Positions 31,889 to 45,989 of a DNA stretch of 64,000 nt are shown here, piece by piece (the stretch's first letter is position 1; every line of letters starts with the position of its first letter). Location of the stretch: NCBI GenBank assembly GCA_964016885.1, contig OZ024743.1, positions 245,396,001 through 245,460,000 of the forward strand. The letters run 5' to 3'. Made by a program: the position numbers and the translations under genes. Under the pieces are notes generated by a model. It had not been told where the DNA came from and searched no databases. It saw only the letters and a list, made by a program, of their open reading frames with translations. This DNA is from Eledone cirrhosa. Taxonomy: Eukaryota.

Positions 31889-32560
31889 CACGCGTCTACT
31901 CATATATATATATCTATGTGTGTGTGTGTGTGTGTGAATAAGTGTTTGTGTTTGCAAAACCGTGAGGGTACGTTAGACCGTGACAAACTGGACTATAGAG
32001 GTTAGAGTGTACGCGCGAGCGTGAGTTGACCAACACAGGGAATGACAGTAGGTGACCAGTTGGGTGGGTGTATAGCCGTACACATGTGTGTATGTGTATA
32101 TTCACACATGTGAACGCAGGTTTGGCTATATATGTGTACTTCTGCGTGCATGTACTGACACACATACACAAGTAGAAACAGTGATAAGATGTAGGGAAAG
32201 GAAGAAGGTAGCGAGTATGTTGCTCACCCTGTTCCATGTTGTGGTTATGGTCGTAAAAGATACTATGATGAATCAAGTACTACGATATGACGGTACAACC
32301 ACAAACCGCCATAATAATTATATTTTCTCCCAAAACTACCAAAACACACATCTATTTGTATATGTGCTACAGTTTATGTACATGTTATGTTTATCGCACA
32401 TCGAAGTTTTTTTTTTACATCGTGGTTGTTATTTGATAACAGCTAAAATAATCAATACAACTAAATTGACCAAATTTGCCCCCCCCCCCCACCAATTCAG
32501 AAATGCTTCCACCACCCCTGATATATATTGATGATGATGATGATGATGATGATATATATA

Positions 32561-34770
32561 TTGTTATACTTTGGGAGGGTCATGTTGCCAATAAGAAACA
32601 CACGCACTCTTGCTTTCACTTCAATTTATAAATTTAGGAATTTATAAATTTCCGGTTGGTTGGTTGGTTGGTTCCACAACCAGATGGTTGTTTATATATT
32701 GTCAAAGTTCTTTCGTCATACATTCTGTGACCTCTTCAGTGACTGGGGATTCTTTTCTTTGTTTTTGTGCCTCTCCTTTGTTCTGTCCTACGCCATTTTG
32801 TTTCTGTGTGTGTGTTGTGTGCTTAGTCTGCGCATGCGCCACATCCGGGTGTCTGTGTGTGTTTATATTCGTTTATTTATTTGTTTATTTACATGTTACA
32901 GGTACCTCCGTAAAAACACTTATTAGCAAGACATACCCTTTTCAAAGACCCCCCTGTATAGATAAGAAATGTATAACCTGTAAATTAAGCTCCCATATTA
33001 ACTGTAAAACTAGAAATGTAGTATATAGCATAAGATGTACTGAAGGACAATGTAGAGACAAAAATATAGTGTACATAGGTGAGACAGCTCGTAGTGTAGG
33101 GGAACGAATAAATGAACACTGGCGAAACCTTCAAGATAGTAAAGAATCATCTGTACTCTACCAACATGCTAAAATAGAACATAAGGGTAAATTAGAGAAC
33201 ATAGAAATAAAAATAGAATCTACACACAGAAAAGACGCAATGTTTAGACAAATCACAGAGGCAATAAACATAAAAGAATTACAACCAAAATTAAATAGAA
33301 AACATGAGTGGAACAGCAACATCACAACTTACAATTAAGGACAAAATGAAAACACACACGCACATAGAACAAACAACCAACCTGTAACATGTAAATAAAC
33401 AAATAAATAAACGAATATAAACACACACAGACACCAGGATGTGGTGCATGCGCAGACTAAGCACACAACACACACACTGAAACAAAATGGCGTAGGACAG
33501 AACAAAGGAGAGGCACAAAAACAAAGAAAAGAATCCCCAGTCACTGAAGAGGTCACAGAATGTGTGACGAAAGAACTTTGACAATATATAAACAACCATC
33601 TGGTTGTGGAACCAACCAACCGGAAATTTATAAATTCCTAAATTTATAAATTTATTATAATAAATTGAAGTGAAAGTAACTGGTGCGTGTGTTTCTTATT
33701 GGCAACATGACCCTCCCAAAGTATAACAATATCGGTTTCAACACACGTTTTCAGATAAAGAATCTTGCTAAACAAATTCAGAAACGAAATATCGTAAGCC
33801 TTAGCCAGGCTAACAAGATACTGAAAACCACCATGTTCTGTTGTCTACGAAAAACAATAACATCTCGACAACTACACTTCATAAAAGAATGTGCCTCGTC
33901 CCGAGTTTACACCAACACCATCAACACCGATGTAAGAAGATTACAACTCACCAAAAAGCAAGCAGATAGGCTAAAACGAACACTAATTCTAAACATAAAA
34001 AAGAAGATCTATAGAGAATTAAGTCATCAAGAAAAACATAAGCATAACCTAATACGAGAAATAACTAAGATCACCACACCAAGAGAAAAACTAATATTTA
34101 TAAGCCTTATACGTCCTGAAGAACTGTACATTGCTCAAGAATGTGATAAGCACTTTAACAAGAAACTAAAGTGGCTTAAGCAGATAAAACTAAATCAGGA
34201 TACTGTAGAGAATACCAATAGATATCCCGACAAAATTGACGGTATAAATATGGCCGACATCTCATTAACAGATGAGTTCAACAACAACAACACAAATATA
34301 TACGGCAACACGGCAATAGATCCTGATGAATTATCTGTATTACTACTACCACCGAAATTTGCGACATTCAAGAAGGTAAATATGATTAGTTGTCTGTCAG
34401 AAATAGAAAAATCATTTACAAAATTACGTTGGAGCCTCAAAAACAAAAACAAAAACAAAAGTAACAACATACGCACACACATATATAACACACATCCCAA
34501 CAACAACAGACACACAGACACAAACAACAATAACAACAACACACACATCAACAATAATAACATACTCAGAAACAACAACAACAGACACGCAGACACAAAC
34601 AACAACAACATACACAACAATAATAACACACACGGAGACAACAACAACAACACACATCAACAACAGCACACATCAACAACAACAACAACACACACACATT
34701 CAATGCCTCTCACCACCACCACAATCTTAACAAACACACAGACACAGAAAACAAGTAATGACAGTAGCAC
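32561..34770 (+). mobile_element. Penelope-like element C: inverted pLTR, GIY-YIG 3' end, direct pLTR, start of next ORF
   Basis: 32561-32900 is the inverse of 33382-33729. 32902-33338 encodes C..KCITC..C, VVYSIRC, YIGET, EH, E, LN. An ORF from ATG 33707 has PLE N-terminal features (L.LPPKF, E.EK.FTKLRW). Confidence 0.85.
33540..33582 (+). ncRNA. Minimal HHR in pLTR (mirror copy at 32701-32743, minus)
   Basis: gtca CTGAAGA g gtcac-agaatgt-gtgac GAAA gaac TT tgac. Confidence 0.85.
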
Positions 34771-35276
34771 AGAAATAAGGGAAGGTATAGGATTAAGACG
34801 AATGGTTGTGTTGTGGTGTTGATTCTGTAGATGTGTGTGTACTCACTTGTGGATTGCTCAGTTGTGTGGTCGCTGTTGTGTAGAGTGTAGGTGAGAGAAG
34901 CTTGATGTGCCTGATAAAGTGTGACAAGAGATAAGTGTTGTGCAAGTGAGTAACTGTGTTCGTTATGATGATGATGATGTGATAGTTTCTTGAGTAAGTA
35001 ATTTACCTTGATCACGTAGGAAATGAAATATATAAACCACAATAATACAAAGTGACTAATTTATTGTTTTATTAAATATAACTTTCGCCGAAGTTATACG
35101 ACACTACACGAAGAACAAATAACCACAGATGTTATTTGTTAGGATGATCTGTGTGCGTTTTGTTTGCAAAGGTATTATTTAAAATGTATTTACCAAACTT
35201 CTGTTGATGTGATGAATTTCGCTGGCTTGGCCGAGAGAGAGACTAAGATAAAAAAAGATATAGAGAGTTAGAGAGA

Positions 35277-35379
<103 letters not shown>

Positions 35380-36257
35380 GGTGAGAGAGAGAGAGAAAGA
35401 GAGAGAGAGAGACCCACAGGGTCTGTGTAAAGCAGTTGACTACATGTTAACTCTTAGAATTCAACTCTGCGACTGTCCTAGATGACTCTGGAAGCAGGCT
35501 ATTTAAGAATATTCCATCCTTTGTCTCCCTGACCTGAGAACAAAGAGATGGCCTTTTGATATGTCAAAATATCAGACATATTGGTGATTTGAAAACCCAT
35601 TCAGAATATAAACTTATCTACGAGGCCACAGAGGTCAGCTTCTTGGTGGCCGATTTGATAGTGTAAAAGCAACTCCGTTGAAAAGAGCGTCAAATTACTG
35701 CTACAACTTTACCAAACAAGTACAACTGTGGCTAAAATGGTTCTTCTCCGATGTGATTGCTTTAGTTTCAACACATGATCTCAGGTCAAGTCACTTACCA
35801 AACAAATACAATTGTGGCTAAAATGATCCTTCTATAATGTAACTTCTTCAGTTTCAACACACAGTCACTTACCAAACAAGTAAATAATTTTATTTAAACA
35901 GCATTTCCTGAAAAATACGAAACCTACAACGACTCCCAATTTGACAAAATGCTTCTCGAATTTGAAAACAATTAATTGCACATAAGAAACCATTGCTTTA
36001 TTCTTTTCTTGGTTTCAATTATTAGACTTTGGCCATGCTGTGCACCGCCTTGATTTGGTCGATCATGTCGTCCACAGTATTTATTTTTTCAAGTCTGGTA
36101 CATAGTTTATTGATGTTTTATTTGTTGAACCAAATACCCAGACACCAACTCTCGTTTCACTTCATATCCCAAATCTCTTGCGATGATATCTGGATAGGAG
36201 AATTAGCCGAGGTTTCCACAAGATGAATGATGACGTTGGCTCATCTTTTGTTCTAAA

Positions 36258-36443
36258 ATAATTGTTTCTACTTTTAGCACAAGACCAGCAATTATCCCAG
36301 GGCATTACTGGTACTTTATTTTATCGACCTCGTAAGGATGAAAGGCAAAGTTAATCTCAGCGGGATTTGAACTCAGACCGTAAAGGGGCATAACTTTATG
36401 CTGCAAAGCATGGCGTCCGACCCTCTACCGATACTGCCAATCC
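36258..36443 (-). mobile_element. tRNA-derived SINE
   Basis: Reverse complement of 11073-11258. Other partial copies at ~37375-37480, 46478-46615, 47272-47392, 50292-50500, 51215-51322, 51760-51890 and 61718-61840. Confidence 0.85.
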
Positions 36444-36499
36444 AAATTCCCGTTAAATTGTATTTTACATTACTCCAACATTTGTGAGATAAGTTGTCA

Positions 36500-36900
36500 A
36501 ATCCCATACATTTCCTTTCGTGTTGGATGTGTTTTCCACAGGATATTTTGACTCCTATGTAGAAACTTTACCGTCGGTGCCAATTCAATTCTAAGTATTG
36601 GATTATTTCTAGATTCAGCTAAATATTGCCGCCATGATGCATATGACGGACATAGTTGAGGAGATTGCCGTGGAATAGCCGTTGGCATATGTTGCACAAT
36701 AATATAGGAGAAGGATGTAAGATACCTTATAGGAAGTGTCCATGTCTCTGAGTCATACAAGAGATCTGATTCAGCAAGAGCACAAAATATATTGATTTTG
36801 AAGGATAGGTTTGATTTTTGTACAAGCTAATCATGTCATATCATTCCGAGTAAGAAAAATGAGCTCATCACATATGAACCTAACTATTTGAAATGATATC
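36500..36900 (-). pseudogene. RTE-like LINE fragment
   Basis: LLYDSETWTL motif. Confidence 0.45.
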
Positions 36901-37919
36901 ATCCCTTATGACTTTAATTTCTAATTGCGTCTTCTTTTGATGATAACGATTAAGCGCCCTCTTCACTTTTCCGTCGCCAGAGGTACTTTGCCCAATTTAT
37001 TCAAATATTATTTATAGTTATCAATTGTTATTTATAGAGAGTAACTATTATTATATTTATCTGCACTGTGACGACTATATATTGAAATTTTAATATATTC
37101 TGTTATTTTTGTTTTGGTTGTTTTTTTTGTTGTTTTTTTTTTTGTCAGTTTATTTCAATTTCAAAGAAAAGGGCCATGCCGTTCTGGTATCTTTACTTCA
37201 TTTTGCTACTAAGGTATACATATATACATGAACCCTTAACGTGGAAGCCTCGTAGTGATATACGACGTGTTTTGGGCATATAAACCTGGCGGAGTCCATC
37301 ACTTCTCCAGGTCTGAACTCTATCCATTTTTTCCAGAGAAAGAGAAGAAGTGAGAAAGCGATATAGAGAAAGAATCGGTTCCAGCACTGGTACTTTATTT
37401 ACCGACCTCGAAACGATGAAAGACAAAGTTGACCTCGGGGACGTTTTAATTCAGAATGCTGAGAGACTGAACGAATACCGCCCCTATATCCTACTAAGGT
37501 ATATAAAAAGCTAATTCTATATCGTCTCTTACCCACTGTTGCACCGATTCTGAAAGAAAATCATTATGGTTTTGAACCAGATTTATTCAATTCAACGATA
37601 TATTGAATAAACAACTCAATGCAATTTAGTGGTAGAGTTAATCAGTTGCCCGGTTTAATATTACCACCACGTCCTTGAGTCCATTTTGTTGGAAGTATTC
37701 GGACCAAATTTTCGGTTTACAGATTATTTCTTCCCTCCCTCCTTCTCGCCTACCAGTCTCGGAGTCCTCGAAAAGGGTCCTGCCTTTTCTTCCTTGACTA
37801 AGCAGTAAAAAGAAAAAGAAAAGGATAACAGAAACAGTAGAGTTTGAAAAGGCCTTAACTTTGTTAGCAGGGTTGAAATGTTTGGTATACTTCAACAGAC
37901 AATTACTGTTACTATGATA

Positions 37920-38330
37920 TGAGGAAAAAGAATGGAATCACGCTGAATCTCCCTGAGAATTACGTCAATAGTATACTTGTCTGTGGAATTCTTAGCTACT
38001 TACATATTAATTTTACGAGCACATACAAAATCCACTGTTCTTACTCCCCGATGTTGACGTAATTGCAAGCATTCCCCAAGGCGTTACTTTAGCGCCGTTC
38101 CTCTATCATTATCTTTAGTGTCATTGGATATAGTCATACAATCTGGGCTTCTAGATAGTTACTCCAAAACACTAATCACGCTCTCGATCAATACATGAAA
38201 CTGATATAGATTCGCAAATGATCCTGCATTACTTATGGATTCCTTACATGATGCACAACATTTACTAATCTCCTTAGAGACAGCTGCAATTTACATATGG
38301 ACCATATCTAAATGACCAAAAACACAGGAT
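37920..38330 (+). pseudogene. RTE-like RT fragment
   Basis: IPQGVTLAPFL and FANDPALL..AQHLL resemble decayed QG.LAP and FADD motifs. Confidence 0.5.
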
Positions 38331-38879
38331 ATAGTCATATCGGAAGAATCATAGTTGTATGGCTAAAGTAGCACTGTAGTCAACTTGGTCTTTTATTCCT
38401 CCGGGACCGATAAAATAAAGAGTCGATCAAATCCTGGGGTTCATTTATATTCCTATAACGTCTCCCAGATGTGAATGGTATTACAAGAGACAAATTGGTG
38501 GGTTCATTTTCCGCCAGGACAGCAATCTATCCCTGTAGAATCAAATACCAAATGTTTTTAAACATTTTGTAATCGTTACACGTTTTTCTAACTTATTTAT
38601 CAATATAATAATTATGCTTGTGCATATATGACGCGTAAAAATGAATGTGTTGACGGAAGGAGTAATAGCAATGGTAAGAAGAAGAAGAAGAAGAGAGAAA
38701 GAAAGAATGTTGAAAGAAGGAGATAGAAGAGATATTCTACAGAAGAAAGAGAAGGCCATTTACTAACAGTATATTAGGGGCGGTGGAACTAAGGGGACTA
38801 GGGGGAGCCTTGCCCCCCCCCCCCCATAATTATATTTTCTCTCCCCAAAATACAAAAACAGGAGAGATAGATATAGATA

Positions 38880-39250
38880 TAGAGAGATAGATATAGATAT
38901 AGAGAAGAAGGTTGAGAGAGTGTGTTGTATATTAGATATAGAGAGAGATTGGAAGAGAGTTCTGTGAGGTAGATATAAAGAGGGGAGACGTTAGTGTTAA
39001 TTGATATAGAGAGGAGGACTGGAAAACAGTCCCGTGTAGTAGATATAGAAAGAGGATACTTCGTAGTGATGGATAGAGTGAGAGGGAATGAGAGAGTGTG
39101 TTGCACGGTAGATATAAAGAGGGGGATAGTTTGGTGGTAAGTGTTATAGAGAGGAGCACAGTTTGGTGTTAATTGATATGAAGAGGGAGATTGGAAGAGA
39201 GTTCCGTGTAGTAGATATAGAGAGGGAGAGAGTTTGGTGTTAATTGATAT
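38880..39250. repeat. Purine-rich minisatellite-like repeat, continuing at 44990-45490
   Basis: gtagatatagagaggggga..tttggtgttaattgatatagagagg units. An uninterrupted inverse copy lies at 52660-53000. Confidence 0.75.
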
Positions 39251-39492
39251 AAATTTCTATTTATTTGCCACCAGGGCATCAAAGATTAGGACAAATACAA
39301 AGGGGGGAGTTTACAAACATTTAAAAAGACGTGTAAAAAAGATATAACAAATTAAATTTAACAATCGATGTCCTCAATAGGGAGGGGCGTTGACATGGAA
39401 AGCACACCCCCCCGAAAAAATGTGCAACCCTCCTCTTCAGGAGCACAAAGAGCGGGTGCTTCCTTCCTCTTCTCATTCTTCTCCTCTCTCAC

Positions 39493-42400
39493 CTACAGGC
39501 TGATATAGAGAGAAGGCCCATTCACTCGGGTCATTCTCGCTACTTTCACCCACCTTTCATAAAACTTGCTGGGGTAGAGCACCTCTCTCTCCATTCTGAT
39601 CCTTCTTCTAAAGTGGTACTTGAAAAAAAAGACCAGTTGTTGGCCGGAGAGAAAGGTGTCTGACCTCAGCTCTTTCAACCTTGTCCACCATACAACTTCT
39701 TTCGCCATAGCTATCACACAGAGGAAAACCGCCTCTCCTTCGTTTTTGAAAGGGGGAAGCGGTTTGATCGTGACAATGTTCTCGGTGGTCAACCGGATTG
39801 GTCCCCCCGCGATAGTAGTCGTTCCTCATAGCCCCACAGGTCAGCAACGCCCGGGCAGTGTACGAATGCGTGTGCGGCGGTTTCCTCGTCACACACGCAT
39901 CTCGGACAGATCTTCTTCGAGGGGTCCCTACCCGGGCGCCCGTGTCTGTAGAGCTTGTCCCGAACGGGTAGAGCTCCTCGGTAACATTGTCAAGCCAGGG
40001 ACTTTTGGAAGTTGTCCATCGGTCCCGGGCCAAACGTCCTACCGAACAGACTGGCCAGCTCATCTTCCTCCATGCCCAGAGCCTCTCCGAGAGCGTCGTC
40101 GCACTTACTGCGCACCAACCCTCTATAGAATGTTGAGGTTGAGTCTCCACTGATTGCCGGATCCGCTTGCCAGAGGGCCGTGAGCGCCTGGGCACATTCA
40201 ATGTGCCAGTCGCCCACTTTTCTCGGTCTTTGCTTGACCCAGGATTGCAGCTCGGTGAGTGAGACGAGTCTCGGAAAGGCTCGCCTCACAAACAGGGCCC
40301 ACACCGGCTGACCGGTGAGGAATACCTGGAGGTGCCGTAGCCTTAATGTGTGTCTACGTATCGTCAGCCACGGCAGCCCCAGCCCTCCGTTCGAAGGGTG
40401 TTGACAGCAGATGGATCTTCTCACCAAAGGACCTCGCTTCTTCCATAGAAATCGGAAGAGCGCGCGCTCCATTTTGGCGAGTGTTTTCTCTAGGCAAGGC
40501 ACGACGGTCAAGCGGTAGTAGATGACGGACGCTATATAAGCGTTCGCCACCTCCGCTCGACCTTTTAGGGATAGTTTGCACTCAGCCCACTTCTGTGCGA
40601 TTGCAAACATCTTTCCCGTTACCTCGTCCCAGTTTTTCTCCACCTGGAGGTCCGGTCCGAACCAGACCCCGAGCAGCTTCACCAGTCCCTCCGTCCAGCG
40701 TCCGACGATGCCGTTGGAGGGCATCGTTTTGCCCCTCCACGTCCCGAGTTGCAAACCGACGGACTTGTCCCGGTTCAGCTTGGCTCTTGTGAACCTTTCA
40801 TATTCCTCCAGTAAGGTGCCGATCTGCCCGATTTCCGAGGCGCACGACACCATTACTGTCACGTCATCGGCGTAGGCCGACACCGCTTTCCGCAATCCCG
40901 GTTCCAAGGGATGCCCTACAACAGCTCCAGCTTCCGCAGTAGTGGCTCGAGAGCCAGCACATACAGGAGGGAGGAGAGAGGGCATCCCTGTCGGATGGAT
41001 CGCGTGATTTGGAACGGCTCCGAGAGGTAGCCATTCACCTTGACCCTCGAGCAGGTGTTGTTGCTGTGCATTGCAGCAATCCAGCCCCTGAAAACGGGTC
41101 CGAAGCCTGCCGCCGCGAGCACCGCATCCAGGTACCGATGGTCAACCCTATCGAACGCCTTAGATTGATCCAAGTTGATCAGGGCCCCACCAAAGCCGGG
41201 TTCGTTCCCTACCCTCACTACGATGTATCGCATGAGGTGGAGGTTGTCGTGTATGGACCTGGATGGGATTGCGCATGTCTGCGCTTCTCCCACCAGGTTC
41301 CCGACGACAAGCGTCAACCTCTTCGCTAACACCAGAGTTATGGGCCTGAAGTTATCTATGTCATCCCCCTTGTTCTCGTCCTTCCTCACCAGCGTGACTA
41401 CGCCCTTGGTCACAGAACTGGGAATTCTCCCGTTCTGTTGCCAGTTGCAGTAGACCGCCTCGAGGACGCCGGAGAACAAGCCCGGCATCGCTACATAAAG
41501 TTCGTATGGTAGACCATCGAGACCCGGAGATTTGCGTTTGCCGCATTGGCTCAGCGCTTCCCCTATTTCACCGGATGAAATCGGCCTCTCGCAGGACTTC
41601 GCCTTCCCGTCCGAGAGCCGCGCCAGACCGTCGAGGTATGGACCGAAATCCATGGCCCCACCCGGCCCGCCGCCCCTTCCGTAAAGTCGTGCAAAGCGCC
41701 GTTGAAAGGCCGCGCTCATCCGCTCAGGTTCAAGGATCACGCGTCCATCCTGGTCCTTCAAAGACCGAATCGTGGACTTGTTTCCACTTTTTGCCTCTGT
41801 CACTCGGGCCCAGCTAACAGCTTTGGCTCCCTCGTTACCCAGAGCACGTATTTTACTCCTGACAACGCAGCCCCCGTGCTTCGCATCAAAGAACTGCTCC
41901 TGGGCCGTTCTTGACGCCAGCACGCCGGCCACGTTGCCACTCCTAATCGCCTCTTCTACTCTATTTATTAATTCCCTTTCAGTTCTATTCCTATCTGATG
42001 CTAATTCCCGACTAAAACCTATCGATTCTATTCTAATTTCTCTCTTGAGAGAGCCCCGCCACCTGCTGTTGACAATTGCCCCCGTCAAACGCTGCTTAAC
42101 TAGTGTGCTAATCCGCTTACTGTAAGCTTTGTTTGTCGGTAAAGACAAGTTTAGCTTCCAGTAACCGGGTCCCTGTCTATGAGTTCTATCAAGGTTGACC
42201 ACTCCGGTCACCAACTTGTGATCCGAATAGTCAGCCATGAACATTCGTGGACAGCTTAATATGTCCCTATCCTTATTTCTAACTAAGAATCTATCTAGGT
42301 ACGACCTAGATGTTCCGCTGTTATTAATCCACGTCCACAGTGGCACAGTCGGAAAATCTAGTCGATATCTATCGGCCAGATCAAATCGGCCGATTAATCG

Positions 42401-42897
42401 TTTGAGGCTGTTACACCCCCTCTATCGGGACATGCCCCTACATAGTCCCAACGTGCATCCAGGATACCATTCCAGTCCCCCACTAAAAGCAAGGAGCGAG
42501 ACGTTCCCAGGAAATTCTCCAGGCGTCGGAAGAAGTCCGGTCGCGGTGTCCCAGATGGGGCATACGCTGCCACCAGCCTGAAAGCTCCACATTCACCACT
42601 GCCGACGTCTAAAACCACCAGTAGACCCTCCGGGTCCAGGTGTACCTTCTGTGTGGCAAGACCCAGGTATTTTCGCAGCAGAACGACAACCCCACCCCCA
42701 CCCCTCGGCTGACAGAGAGATGCGTAGATCTCAAAGTCGTCGAAGATGGGGGTCAGTTGGCGCTCGCTGCTGATCCTGGACTCGCAAATAACCATTACAT
42801 CCACTCTGTGCGACCTGAGGTCATTTAAGAGTTTGCCCTGTTTCCAGGACATCCCCAGGCCGCGTGCATTCACACATCCAACTCTTATATTGGCCAT
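39493..42897 (-). pseudogene. Tx1 ORF2 (APE-RT) with frameshifts
   Basis: ORFs 42394-42897, 40916-42346, 39990-40985 and 39493-39792 are successive segments. Confidence 0.85.
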
Positions 42898-43035
42898 GTT
42901 GGTGCTGAAGAGTTAAAAGGAAGAGGAAAGGAAATTACTTACCTCTTCGTCTCCTGGGGACCAGGCTGCACAATTTCCATGGGGGTGTTGGAAGGGTTGT
43001 TTGGTGGGGTGGTGGTTTGTGGTGGGGTGAGGTCA

Positions 43036-43680
43036 TCAGTGCGTGGTGGGATTAGGGTGTTTGGTGGGGGTGTGGGTGTCTGGTGTGGGGGTGGGGAAAC
43101 ATCTCAATAGGGCGTTGTTAAGTGGTTTGGTGCAGTTGGTCCCCACATGCATTGGATGGTTCTTTTTCAAAGTTACATAGGTTTCCGTTGGGACCCTAAT
43201 CATCATTAGGTGCGGTTTGTTCGCTGCGTAGGTGAAAGTGATCCCTTCGGTTTCCACCGAAGGGTTATTTTCTATTGCTTTCATCAAAGTTTTATTGTTC
43301 TTGTTAATGTATGTATAGAGTTTTTGTTGTGTTGTGTTTGTTTTTGTTTGTTGTTCTTGTGCGTGTTTGCGTTTTGTAGTATGTGTTATGTTTTGGGGAG
43401 GGGTGGGTTTTTTTGTTTGTGATGTTTGTTCTGTTTGTGCTGGTGGTTGTGTGTTTGTAGCATTTTTGTTAATGTGGTGCCTTTTTTTTCCTTTTCACCT
43501 GTTGAAAGGGTTCTCCCTCGTCGTCACTGGGTGACGTTGATACGGAGTCCTCTTCCGTGTTGTTGGGGAGGGGTATATTTTGGGGTTTTGTTGTGGTTGC
43601 TTTTGTATTTGTTTTAGGTGGGGAGGGGTTGGGTGGAACAGTGTTTTGTGTTGTTATTTTCCGTCTTGTTGTGGTGGTGG

Positions 43681-43711
<31 letters not shown>

Positions 43712-44782
43712 GGTGGTGGTGGTGGTGGTGGTGGTGGTGGTGGTTGTGTTGTTGTGTTCGGAGTTGGCAGAAGAGCCTTTTTTTTTTACTCGTTAATTGA
43801 GGACAGGCAGCCCTCAGGTGACCCCTGCTTAAGCAGTGGTAACATGACGGCCGCCTTCCCTCCACTGAAATGTTTATATAAGTTAGCCCGTCCAGAGGCA
43901 CGCGTTGTGGGATATTCGCTATTCGTTCTGGGCTCATTTGCACCAGAACTTCTACGCTGGTCCCACCAAATACGCCTCCGGAGGACTTTCCTATTAAAAT
44001 TATCCTGTCTTCATCAAAGTCAATGATTCCACATAGTATCCACCAAATATTTACATTTGGTGTGATACTCATAATTTTTATTCTTTGTGTCCTTTTTCCC
44101 CTGTATGTGGGGAAAAAGATGAAGCGGGGGGACACAATGGGTGATACCGAGTATTTTTGTGCTGTTGACTGGTTATTCATTAGCACCGAAATGCTACCAA
44201 ACAGTTTTCCTTTTTGTATGAAGGTTATGTCCTTCATTGCATCTTTTAGAACCAGCTCATTTCATTTTGTGATAATTGAGCTGGTTTTCTTGTTTCGTTC
44301 GATATTGTCCTGAAAACCACAGTTTTCAGGACAGCCTCTCTACGTAATTCCTGTGGAGAATTGATGCTGAAAGCACCGTTTTCGCCAAAAGTCACGAATT
44401 GTTTTGCGTCTTGTAGTAGTTGTTTAGCATTTGTTATGTCAATTGGCGTGTATAGTTCGTTTTTTTTTACAGTCTGTGCGAACGTTGTTTTGGTGTTGTT
44501 GTCTTTTTTGTTGCTGTTGTTGTTGTCACTGTTGGTAATATTGTTCATGTTTTCCTTGGTGTTGTTATTGTTGCAGTTGTTGGTTGTGGTGTTCTTGTCA
44601 TTGTTCTTGTTGTTGGTGCTGGTATTATTTACCGGGTTTGGTTTCGTGGTTTCAATATTTTCAACGTTTTTCGATAATGCGAGGGGGGAAGGCTGCAAGC
44701 TTTGTACTCCTACCTTCCCTCCACCACTTTTCTTAGTGAACGTGGCACTCACGACAGTGTGCGAGGTTGAAATGGCATCCAT
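43036..44782 (-). pseudogene. Tx1 ORF1 (gag-like), frameshifted
   Basis: CYHCLSRGHLRAAC zinc knuckle preceded by ISVEGRRPSC. Low-complexity N/H/T tracts. Confidence 0.75.
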
Positions 44783-45659
44783 TGCTGACTACCAAGTCTA
44801 CACAGTTTTGAGATGAAAATGAAAATTTCGCCCCAGAAAAAGAAAGGGGCGAAAATTAGTTGACTCAACGTCTGAAGGCCCAGGCAAGGGGTTAAACTAA
44901 ACAATGCTATTAAATTGAGCAATGAACTCACAGTTTTTTTTTACAATAATCCGTAAAAGTCCGGAGCGAAGTAATTCACGTCTATATCAAGTGGTAATTG
45001 ATATAGAGAGGGTTTTGGAAGAGACTGTTGTATGATTCATGTAGAGAGGGGGAGTGTTTGGTGGTAATGAATAGAGTGAGTGGATTGATAGAGATGTGTA
45101 TTGATAGAGAGGGGGAGAATTTGGTAGTGATGGATAGAGTCAGAGGGAATGAGAGAGAGTGTTGTAAGGTAGATAGAGAGAGTGGGATAGTTTGGTGGTA
45201 ATTGATATAGAAAGGGAGATTTAGAGAGAGAGTGTCTTCTAGATATAATGAGGGGTTTGGGAGAGACAGTACCGTAAAATACATAGAGGGGGGAGTTTGT
45301 GGTGGATAGAGAGAGAACGATTACGTGAGAGTGTGGTAGAGATGACTAGAGGGAGAGTTTGGAGATGATTGGTATAAAGAGGGGGATTTGGAGTGTTTTG
45401 TATGTTAGATATAAAGAGTGGGGGAAATTGGTGGTTGTAGATATAAAGAAAGGATAATGGGGGAGAACGATTACGATAGAGTGTGGTAAGAAATCGGTAA
45501 TTGTATAGTTTACATTCGTAAATATGGGATTTCTCGTAATGTTCTTTTCTTGTGGTATATAATGTTTATTAATGTAAAATAAAATAATTAGACCTGGTAG
45601 TACGTGAATTATTGACGGACGTAAGAATGAAAACTCAATACCGAAGTAGGGTTTAGATA

Positions 45660-45810
45660 TTCATTTATTATGGCTAAGTGGTGAGTGTTGTTACTTTGGA
45701 GTTTCACCTGAGTACTTACAGGATCATCAGACATGACTGGTGATCCTGTGAATGCGGCGCAGGTGAAACTTTAGAGTAACACAGCTCACCAATAGCCATA
45801 ATAAATCAAT
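45660..45810. repeat. Diverged palindrome of two back-to-back HHRs
   Basis: Minus strand: CTGATGA t cctg..cagg t GAAA ctccaaag TA. Plus strand: CTGGTGA t cctg..cagg t GAAA ctttagag TA. Confidence 0.75.
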
Positions 45811-45831
45811 GTACACATACCCCCCCCCCCC

Positions 45832-45875
<44 letters not shown>

Positions 45876-45989
45876 GAGATGAATAAATTGGGTATAATAC
45901 CAGTTTATTTACCAATTGAGAAGAAGCTCGATATATCAACCCCTTAGGAAAGAGTACAGAACACTATTTCTTTTTACATTATATATATA

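Larger units (their letters stand above)
39251..44990 (-). mobile_element. Near full-length Tx1/L1-clade LINE
   Basis: ORF1 has a CCHC knuckle. ORF2 has APE (GCVNARGL, E, AYAP, GDWN, LDR, SDH), RT and CCHC. 3' end aataaatagaaat. Candidate TSD taattgatat. Confidence 0.9.

Noticed and set aside
35460-36230. Possible decayed DNA-transposase fragment
   Set aside because: No diagnostic motif could be read with confidence.
43661-43755. Poly-His/Asn tract as a host gene feature
   Set aside because: It is a trinucleotide expansion inside Tx1 ORF1.
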